From NCBI GenBank assembly GCA_021780115.1, contig JAJXZI010000174.1:1-63817 (forward strand): a DNA stretch of 63,817 bases, in the 5' to 3' direction. Positions 40,150-48,017 of the stretch are shown here, piece by piece. This DNA comes from a bacterium. Lineage in GTDB: Bacteria > Verrucomicrobiota > Verrucomicrobiia > Limisphaerales > JAJXZI01. Made by a program: the position numbers and the translations under genes. Under the pieces are notes generated by a model, which saw only the letters and a list, made by a program, of their open reading frames with translations, was not told the origin of the DNA and did not search any database. How positions within the stretch are numbered: position 1 is the first letter of the stretch; each line of letters begins with the position of its first letter.

Positions 40150-40646
40150 ACCGGCGCTACGGAAGGGTTGTTGGAAACAATTCCGTTCAGCAACCGCCAT
40201 CCGTTAATCTCCGACTGGAAAAAGGTGCGCGTAGGGAGGGCACCTTGTCCGACTACTGGTCACGTTCGCAGAGCTTTTTCAAAGAACCGTCTTGGAGTTT
40301 ATTGAGACCTTACAAGAATTGGGCAATCTGGCGCGGTCGTAACGCCCGTCCTTGAACCCCCACAGCGCGTTGACCGCCTAGTAAAAATTGTCCCGCGGGT
40401 AATTTCGGGGTGACGTGGCCGCCAGCAACTCCGCCATTAGCGGGGCATCTTCTCCGAAGTGTTTCTTGAGAAGCGTTGAAAAAAGCATTGCCAAAAACCG
40501 TGGCAAGTGTCAAGGGCGTCGTCAAAATACTCAGCAAACACAGGGCTTTTTCCACTTTGCGAAAGACTTGCCAAACCGCGGGATTTTGGAACAGTGTCGC
40601 CCCGGGGCTGGCGTTCGGGAAACGGCGCCGGCCCCGAACGATTTCC

Positions 40647-42260
40647 ATGAAATACATTTTTGTCACCGGCGGCGTGATCAGTTCGCTCGGCAAGGGTCTG
40701 ACCGCGGCATCCATCGGCACGTTGCTGGAAAACCGCGGCCTCAAGGTCGCGCTTCAGAAATTCGATCCCTACCTGAACGTCGATCCCGGCACCATGAGCC
40801 CGTTCCAGCACGGCGAGGTCTATGTGCTCGACGACGGCGCCGAGACCGACCTGGACCTCGGCCACTACGAGCGCTTCACCCACACCAAGCTCACCCGCCT
40901 GAACAACCTGACCAGCGGCCAGGTTTATCAGGCCGTGCTCAACAACGAGCGCGACGGCAAGTACCTGGGCAAGACCGTCCAGGTCATCCCGCACGTCACC
41001 GACGAAATCCAGAATCGCATCAAGCTGCTGGCCGAGACCACCAAGGCCGACGTGGTCATTACCGAGATCGGCGGCACCACGGGCGACATCGAGGGACTCC
41101 CGTTCCTGGAGGCGATCCGCGAGTTCGCGCAGGATGTCGGCCCGCACAACGCCCTCTTCGTCCACGTCACCTACGTGCCCTTCATCAAGGCGGCGGGCGA
41201 ACTGAAGACCAAACCCACGCAACAGTCGGTGGCCAAGCTGCGCGAGATCGGCATCGCGCCGCAGATTCTCATCTGCCGCTGCGAACGGCCGCTGGAGAAG
41301 GAGCTGCGCCTGAAGATTTCCATGTTCTGCAACGTGCCGTTTGAGGCGGTCGTCGAGGAAAAGGACGTGGACCATTCCATCTACGAAGTGCCGCTGATGC
41401 TCCAGCGCGAGCGCGTGGACGACCAGGTGTGCCGGGCGCTCCACCTGGACGTGCCGGCGCCCGACATGAGTCCCTGGCAGGAGATCATCCGCAAGCTCAT
41501 CGCCCCCCAGCACCGCGTGCGCATCGGCGTCGTCGGCAAGTACATCGAGCTGCAGGACGCCTACAAATCCGTCTATGAAGCCATTAGCCACGGCGGGATC
41601 GCCAACGATTGCGGCGTGGCGATCGAGAAGATCGAGGCCGAGGAAATCGAGAAGCACGGCGCGGACAAGGTGCTGGCAGGCGTGAGCGGCGTCCTGGTGC
41701 CGGGCGGATTCGGTGAGCGCGGCATCGAAGGCAAGATCCAGGCGGCGCAATTTGCCCGCGAGCGCAAGCTGCCCTACCTCGGTCTTTGCCTGGGAATGCA
41801 GATCGCCACCATCGAGTTCGGGCGGAACGTCCTCGGCTTGAAAGGGGCGCACTCCACCGAGTTTGAGCCGAACACGCCGCACCCGGTCATCGCGATGCTC
41901 GACAGCCAGCTCAAGGTCACCAAGAAGGGCGGCACGATGCGGTTGGGCGCGCAGCCGTGCCAGCTTGCCGTGGGCACGAAGGCCGCGCGGCTCTACGGCG
42001 CGTTTGTGGTCAACGAGCGGCATCGCCACCGCTTCGAGTTCAACAATGCCTACCGCGAGAAATACCAGAAGGCCGGCTTCGTCTTCAGCGGACTGTCGCC
42101 CGACGGCAAACTCGTGGAAGTGATCGAGCTGGCGGACCATCCGTTTTTCCTCGCCAGTCAGTTCCATCCGGAGTTTTTAAGCAAGCCGCACCAGCCGCAC
42201 CCGCTATTCCGCGGTTTCATCGGGGCGGCCCACCAGCGGACGCTCCACAGGCCGGCTTAG
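40647..42260 (+). CDS. pyrG: CTP synthase
   Basis: The N-terminus is [17 protein letters not shown]. It also has [21 protein letters not shown], the GATase Cys motif GLCLGMQ and HRHRFEFN. Confidence 0.97.
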   Translation: MKYIFVTGGVISSLGKGLTAASIGTLLENRGLKVALQKFDPYLNVDPGTMSPFQHGEVYVLDDGAETDLDLGHYERFTHTKLTRLNNLTSGQVYQAVLNNERDGKYLGKTVQVIPHVTDEIQNRIKLLAETTKADVVITEIGGTTGDIEGLPFLEAIREFAQDVGPHNALFVHVTYVPFIKAAGELKTKPTQQSVAKLREIGIAPQILICRCERPLEKELRLKISMFCNVPFEAVVEEKDVDHSIYEVPLMLQRERVDDQVCRALHLDVPAPDMSPWQEIIRKLIAPQHRVRIGVVGKYIELQDAYKSVYEAISHGGIANDCGVAIEKIEAEEIEKHGADKVLAGVSGVLVPGGFGERGIEGKIQAAQFARERKLPYLGLCLGMQIATIEFGRNVLGLKGAHSTEFEPNTPHPVIAMLDSQLKVTKKGGTMRLGAQPCQLAVGTKAARLYGAFVVNERHRHRFEFNNAYREKYQKAGFVFSGLSPDGKLVEVIELADHPFFLASQFHPEFLSKPHQPHPLFRGFIGAAHQRTLHRPA

Positions 42261-42540
42261 CCAGAGCGCTGCAATAGTAATGGGGGGGAACGCGACCGTC
42301 CCGGGTCGCCCCCGTTGGCGTCTCGCCGATCGGAGCGGTTGTGGGCAACCTTGCGAAAGGGTCGTCCTCCGTGGCGCGAACCGGTGCTCCCGTTCCGTCC
42401 GGCGGGTCGTCGGTGCTTCCTGGAAAGGATTATCCCACTCGCAAAACCTGATTTGTGCTTCGCCGCCCCGGTCGCGCAGGGCTTCCCCCGGTAGAAACTC
42501 TTGGCGAGGCCGGTCCGCGCGTGCTAGGTAGAAAGAAGCA

Positions 42541-43395
42541 ATGGCTTCGACTGACAACGGTGGCGGGGACGCCCGCCCGCCCGCGGGCGGGCCGTTCGGC
42601 CGGTTTTACCTGCAAGAATTGATCAACAGCGGCGGCATGGCCGACATCTGGCTGGCGACCGACCCGGACGGCAAACCCTTCGCCCTCCGCCGCCTGCACG
42701 CCCGGTTGCGCTGGGATTGGGTCGCCCGGCGCCGCTTCTTCCGCGGCTGCGAAGTCCTGGCCCGCCTGCAGGACTACGACCACGTCATCGGCTACGTCGA
42801 GCACGGCAAAATCGGCGCCACTCCGTATCTGCTGATGGAGTACGTCGAGGCCGCGAACTTGAAGGAGCTGTACGCGCGGCAGGATCCGGTGCTGGTCGAG
42901 AACGTCGCCAACATCCTGATCGACATGGCCGTGGGTCTGGAGCACGTCCACGAAAACGGCTTCATGCACCTGGATTTCAAGCCGGAGAATGTGCTCGTCA
43001 CCCGCAACGCTGGCGTGCGCCTGGTGGACTTCGACCTCGCCCAGCCGATTCCGGAGCGGCCAAAGAAGATGCGCAAGAATCCCGGCACGCCCGCTTACAT
43101 GGCCCCGGAACAGTTGCTGCGCCAGCCCATCGACCGGCGCGTCGATATCTTCGCTTACGGCGTCTCGGCCTACGAGTTGTTGACCAACCAGAAGCCGTTT
43201 CCCGGCGACACCCCGGAAGAAATCCTGCGCCGCCAACTCGACCGCGCGGGTCTCCCGCCGCTGCGTGAACACAATCCCGATCTGCCGGCGAACCTGGAGA
43301 AGATCGTCCTCCGCTGCCTGGAGCACGAGCCCGATAAACGCTATCCGTTTGTGAGCGTGCTGGTGCGCGACTTGAAGGCTGCGTTGTATCTTTAG
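42541..43395 (+). CDS. Ser/Thr protein kinase (kinase domain only)
   Basis: It has the Hanks motifs GGMADIW, FALRRL, HLDFKPENVLV, DFDLA and GTPAYMAPE. At 284 aa it has no extra sensor or TM domain. Confidence 0.88.
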   Translation: MASTDNGGGDARPPAGGPFGRFYLQELINSGGMADIWLATDPDGKPFALRRLHARLRWDWVARRRFFRGCEVLARLQDYDHVIGYVEHGKIGATPYLLMEYVEAANLKELYARQDPVLVENVANILIDMAVGLEHVHENGFMHLDFKPENVLVTRNAGVRLVDFDLAQPIPERPKKMRKNPGTPAYMAPEQLLRQPIDRRVDIFAYGVSAYELLTNQKPFPGDTPEEILRRQLDRAGLPPLREHNPDLPANLEKIVLRCLEHEPDKRYPFVSVLVRDLKAALYL

Positions 43396-43905
43396 CGGGC
43401 AGGCCTGCCCAGCTAAGTGAAGGCTTCTGCCTGAGGGCATCCTCGTCCGGCAAGGCTCCTTCCAAAGACCACCCCAAACTGCTCCGGAGACAATCGACGC
43501 GGACGACCACGGGACCTGCCGGGCCGCCCATCGCCGACGACCGGGCATGACTCCGGGCGCGAATCAGTGCGACTAAAGAGGTAAAGAAAAACCGCTTGCG
43601 AACAGGGGATTCTGGTGCAAGTTGGGATTTCTGGAGCAGGGAAGAAGCGACTAGGCGCCGCTGCGAGGAAGGGCGGCACCCAGACCGCCGGGATTTTGCC
43701 TCCCGAGGAAAGTGGCTCCGGGGCGGCTGGATCGGCCGAGTTCCGTGAGTGCGGAAGCGCTGGGCCGTTGTGTGCCAACCGTAATTGCATTCAAAGAACA
43801 GAGAAAGCAAACCAGAAACCACGCGCCGTTCACCCCCCGCCGCTTCGACTTGCGGGGCGCGCCTGCCTTGGATGGTGCCAGGGTCTTCTGGACCAAAAGC
43901 GCGTT

Positions 43906-46900
43906 ATGACAACAAACCAAAACCCGCCGGGTCCGCGAAGGACACGCTGTAACCCCAATCTCGCCCTCCAGCGCCGCACTCGGTCCCCAGGCGAATTGGC
44001 CGCGAACGCGTCCTCTCCATGCCGGCCACCACGCGGGTTGCTTCGGGCTGGTTGTATCATTCTGCTGTTCCTGCTGGCGACTTTGGGCCCCCGGACCGCC
44101 CGTGCGCAAGGGGCGTTGACCAATGGAGCCGGGCAGGGCGGCAGCATCACCACCACAGGCCAAATTGATTCCTGGACCACCGTTGCCCACCGGGGAGACC
44201 GCGTCGCCGTGCAGGTCGCCAAACTTTCCGGAGGCGTGACCTTTGAACCAATGATTCAGGTGTTCGGACCGGATGGCTTTCCGCTCGGTTCCAATTCCGG
44301 CGCCGTGGCGGCGCGGGTGGACATCCAGGCGCCCGTCAGCGGCACCTTCACGGTGACCGTGAGCGACTCCACCCAGACCGGCACGGGCACATACCAATTG
44401 CAGTTGGCCCAGGTGCCGGGCGTGTTCACCGTGCCGGCGGGGGACGACGGCGGGGCGCTGACCAACGGCGCGAATGCCCAGGGCACGATTGCCGTGGGCG
44501 ATCTGGACTTGTGGTCCTTCCCGGCGAATGCCGGCGACCGAATCGCCCTCCAGGTCGCCAAGCTTTCGGGCGGCGTGACCTTCAAGCCGCAGATCGAATT
44601 GTTCGCGCCCGATGGCACGCGGTTGGGCGTGAATTGGGACACGGTGGCGGCGCGTCTGGACGTCCAGGCCGAGGTCAGCGGCACCTACACGGTTTTGGTC
44701 AGCGCGCAGAGTCCGGACGCCACCGGAGGCTATCAGCTTCAGTTGGCCCAAGTCCCCGAAACCTTCGTCGTGCCGGCGGGCGACGACGGCGGCGCCTTGG
44801 CCGACAATGTGGATCAGGACGGCACCATTGCGCTGGGCGACTTCGATCTCTGGACCTTCTCCGCCAGCCCGGGAGACCATATCACGTTGCAGATCACGGC
44901 ACTGTCGGGCGGGGTGACCTTCACGCCGAAGATCGAACTCTTCGGGCCCAACGGGGAAGGCAAGGGTTCGGCCCAAGGCGCGACGACGGCGACCATTGAC
45001 ACGGCCATCGAAACCGCCGGCACCTACACCCTCCTCGTCAGCGACGCCATTCCCTCGGGCAACGGCACCTACCGGCTGCATTTGACCCGCGGCACCATCG
45101 CGCCCGCCGGCGCCAACGTGCTGGTCAACGGCGAAACCCAGACGGGTTCCATTGCGTCGGCCGGAACGACCAACTTCTGGACGTTCACCGCCAGCGTCGG
45201 CGACAGCCTCGTGGTGCGCATCGGGGCACTGGCAAACACGGCCTTCTTCCCCTGGATACGCCTGCGCAATCCCGCGGGCGCGCAAATCGGATCCGCCTTC
45301 GGAGCGAACGCGGCGGAGATCGCGGTGACGGCCACCAACAGTGGGACCTTCACCGTCGTCGTCAGTGACGGCAGCACGGGTCGGAATCAAACCGGGGACT
45401 ACCGCCTCACCCTCGGAAAGACGGGCAGTCCGATCGTCGTCGCGGCTGGCGACGACGGCGGGCCGATGACCAACGGCTGGACGCACACCGGCAGCATCAC
45501 CACCGGCGACCTCGATGTCTGGAGTTTCACCGCCCAAGCCGGCGAAAGCCTCGTCGTGCGCGTCGGCGACTTCACCGGCACCGCCAACCTGTTTCCCTGG
45601 ATCCGGCTTTACGGGCCGGACGGGGCGGGGCTGGGAGGAGCCACTGGGGCTTTTGCGGCGGAGGTCACCGCGCGCGCGACCAATAGCGGAACCTTCACCG
45701 TAATCGTCGGCGACGGCAACACCGGCCTTGGCGGCACCGGCGACTACCGTCTGACGCTGGCCAAGACGGGCAGTCCGATTCTGATCTCGGCCGGCGAGGA
45801 AGGCGGGCCGATGACGAACGGCTGGACGCACACCGGCACCATCAGCACGGGCACGCTGGACGTGTGGAGTTTCACCGCGCAAGTCGGGCAAAGCCTGGTG
45901 GTCCGCGTTGGCGACTTCACCGGCACCGCCAACCTGTTTCCCTGGATCCGGCTTTACGGCCCGAACGGGGCGGGGCTGGGGGGGGCCTCCGGGGCTATTG
46001 CGGCCGAGGTCACGGCGCGGGCGACCAACAGCGGTGTCTTCACTGTGGTGGTGGGCGATGGCAACACCGGCATCGGCGGCACCGGCGACTACCGCTTGAC
46101 GCTAGGCAAAACCGGCAGCCCCATCCTGATTTCCCCCGCCGAGGAAGGCGGGCCGATGACGAACGGCTGGACGCATACCGGCACCATCAGCACGGGCACG
46201 CTGGACGTGTGGAGTTTCACCGCCCAAGCCGGGCAAGGCCTGGTGGTGCGCGTCGGCGACTTCACCGGCACCGCCAACCTGTTTCCCTGGATCCGGCTTT
46301 ACGGGCCGAACGGGGCGGGGCTGGGAGGGGCCTCCGGGGCTTTTGCGGCGGAGGTCACCGCGCGGGCGACCAACAGCGGTGTCTTCACTGTGGTGGTGGG
46401 CGATGGCAACACCGGTATCGGCGGCACCGGCGACTATCGGCTCACGTTGGGCCAGACCGGCAGCCCGGTCGTGATTTCCCCGGGCGAGCAAGGCGGGCCG
46501 ATGACAAACGGTTGGACGCACACTGGGACGATCAACACGGGGACGTTGGATGTGTGGATCTTCCCGGCCCAGGCTGGCGAGCGCGTCTTGTTGCGTATGG
46601 GCGACTACACCGGGACCGCCAACCTCTATCCCTGGATCCGGCTCTACGGTCCGGACGGGGCAGGGCTGGGAGGGGATTCCGGCTCCGTGGCGGCGGAAGT
46701 CACGACGCTGACGACCAACAGCGGCATCTTCACCGTGATCGTCGGCGACGGTAACACGGGCATCGGTGGCACCGGCGACTACCGCCTGACGCTCGCCAAG
46801 ACGGGCAGCCCGCTCGTCATCTCGCCGGGCGACGAAGGCGGGCCGATGACCGGGGTTGGCGCCTACGACGGACTGATAGACGTCGGCGGTCTGGCTGCGT

Positions 46901-47385
46901 GGTCATTCACCGCTTGCGCGGGTGACGTCATTTCCATCAACGCAGCCAGACTGGTCAGCGGCAGCTCGCTGGCTCCGTGGGTTCGCCTTTACGGTCGTGA
47001 CGGCGTGCTGCTGAAGTCGGTGGTCAACGCCCCAACGGCCGGATTTGTCACCGCCGCGCCCGCCGACGGCAGTTACCTCGTGGTTGTGGGTGACGGAAAC
47101 AACGGCCTCGGCGGCACCGGCACCTACCGGTTGACGGTGAACGGGTTTTCCAATGCGCTGAAAGTCTGCCTCCCGGCCATCAGCGGCGCGAAACTGAATG
47201 TCACTGGGGTCGGCGGGATGCCCGGCGCCACGTTCGTCCTGTTGACCACCACGAACGTCGCCGCGCCCGCCAACCTCTGGACGCCGATCCTGACCAATCA
47301 GTTCGACCAGTACGGTGTGTTCAACTCCACGAACTCCTACTCTTCCACCGTGCCGCAGCAGTTCTTCCGCCTCTCTGTCCGCTGA
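43906..47385 (+). CDS. giant secreted protein made of ~10 tandem PPC (pre-peptidase C-terminal)-like beta-sandwich repeats
   Basis: After a hydrophobic segment (GCIILLFLLATLGP), units of 108-115 aa recur with the pattern G.I...G..D.W(S/T)F.A..G(D/E)......(V/I).....G....P.I.L(Y/F)GP(D/N)G.......G......(V/I)........G.(F/Y)T(V/I).V.D....G.G.Y.L.L. The start is at the ATG at 43906, and the ORF is open from 43615. Confidence 0.8.
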   Translation: MTTNQNPPGPRRTRCNPNLALQRRTRSPGELAANASSPCRPPRGLLRAGCIILLFLLATLGPRTARAQGALTNGAGQGGSITTTGQIDSWTTVAHRGDRVAVQVAKLSGGVTFEPMIQVFGPDGFPLGSNSGAVAARVDIQAPVSGTFTVTVSDSTQTGTGTYQLQLAQVPGVFTVPAGDDGGALTNGANAQGTIAVGDLDLWSFPANAGDRIALQVAKLSGGVTFKPQIELFAPDGTRLGVNWDTVAARLDVQAEVSGTYTVLVSAQSPDATGGYQLQLAQVPETFVVPAGDDGGALADNVDQDGTIALGDFDLWTFSASPGDHITLQITALSGGVTFTPKIELFGPNGEGKGSAQGATTATIDTAIETAGTYTLLVSDAIPSGNGTYRLHLTRGTIAPAGANVLVNGETQTGSIASAGTTNFWTFTASVGDSLVVRIGALANTAFFPWIRLRNPAGAQIGSAFGANAAEIAVTATNSGTFTVVVSDGSTGRNQTGDYRLTLGKTGSPIVVAAGDDGGPMTNGWTHTGSITTGDLDVWSFTAQAGESLVVRVGDFTGTANLFPWIRLYGPDGAGLGGATGAFAAEVTARATNSGTFTVIVGDGNTGLGGTGDYRLTLAKTGSPILISAGEEGGPMTNGWTHTGTISTGTLDVWSFTAQVGQSLVVRVGDFTGTANLFPWIRLYGPNGAGLGGASGAIAAEVTARATNSGVFTVVVGDGNTGIGGTGDYRLTLGKTGSPILISPAEEGGPMTNGWTHTGTISTGTLDVWSFTAQAGQGLVVRVGDFTGTANLFPWIRLYGPNGAGLGGASGAFAAEVTARATNSGVFTVVVGDGNTGIGGTGDYRLTLGQTGSPVVISPGEQGGPMTNGWTHTGTINTGTLDVWIFPAQAGERVLLRMGDYTGTANLYPWIRLYGPDGAGLGGDSGSVAAEVTTLTTNSGIFTVIVGDGNTGIGGTGDYRLTLAKTGSPLVISPGDEGGPMTGVGAYDGLIDVGGLAAWSFTACAGDVISINAARLVSGSSLAPWVRLYGRDGVLLKSVVNAPTAGFVTAAPADGSYLVVVGDGNNGLGGTGTYRLTVNGFSNALKVCLPAISGAKLNVTGVGGMPGATFVLLTTTNVAAPANLWTPILTNQFDQYGVFNSTNSYSSTVPQQFFRLSVR
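45448..46827 (+). repeat. four near-identical 345-bp tandem coding repeats inside the PPC-repeat gene
   Basis: The unit-start motif GGCGA(C/G)(G/C)A(C/A)GGCGGGCCGATGAC recurs at 45448, 45793, 46138, 46483 and 46828, exactly 345 nt apart. Units 45793-46137 and 46138-46482 are >90% identical by eye at the DNA level. Confidence 0.9.
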
Positions 47386-48017
47386 CCGTCCTGGTGGCGG
47401 ACCTTGGTGTGCTCCACCAGCCCGCAGCACCGGCGGTGACGATAGCGGTCGGTGGCCGCGCGCGGACAGGCAGGACCACACGCCCGCCCAGGCGATGGCG
47501 GAAAGAACGCTTGCCGCCTTGAACCGGCCGAACACGGCCACGTCAACGCTGTTGGTCGTGCCGAGTGGCCGTTCTCCTGCCGCGATCTGCGCGCAAGTTC
47601 GACAGGCGCGGCTCCTCCGCCAGAGCGGTAATGCGGTTCAGGAAGCCATCGTCCTGCACGCTCACTGGCTACCGTTCCAGAATACCGCCCGGTAGGAATC
47701 ATCGGCCGGAAGGCGGCACGGCGCACGACGGGCGGCAAACTCCAGTGCCCGGCGCCCACCAGAAGAACCGCCGTCCAGAAGCGGGCACGGCGGCACGCGC
47801 TTGGTAAATTTGTGTAAGAAAAACATTGTGTTGTGACAGTGGACGAGTAGCCTTGCTTCCATGGTGTGGGGCACAAAGGTTTTCTTCCACCGACAAAACA
47901 GCCACGGGCGATGCGCGGCGCGTTCCGCTTTGGTGTGCGTGCTGGAAGCGTCGGAACAGCGGCCGTGACGCCACAGGAGAACCGCCGCCAAACCCTGCCT
48001 CCACAACTTCACCACCT

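Noticed and set aside
40310-40744. A 144-aa minus-strand ORF in the pyrG upstream region, considered as an integrase or toxin remnant at the island border.
   Set aside because: It overlaps the pyrG start, has no recognisable motif, and its composition is unconvincing.
42262-42330. An imperfect GC-rich hairpin after pyrG (GGGGGGAACGCGAC...GTCGCCCCC) and the palindrome GGGCAGGCCTGCCC after the kinase gene (43398-43413), considered as terminators.
   Set aside because: The stems are short or bulged and lack U-tracts. That is insufficient to call them terminators without 3'-end data.
43615-43905. An upstream in-frame extension of the PPC-repeat ORF (track start 43615). Similar extensions exist for OppC (778-972), GAPDH (3347-3397), the aminotransferase (7025-7441), CysH (10326-10781), CysD (11338-11526), CysNC (12149-12352) and PyrG (40476-40646).
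   Set aside because: The extensions overlap upstream genes or consist of Arg/Pro/Gly-rich sequence. Conserved family N-termini begin at the downstream starts that I used.
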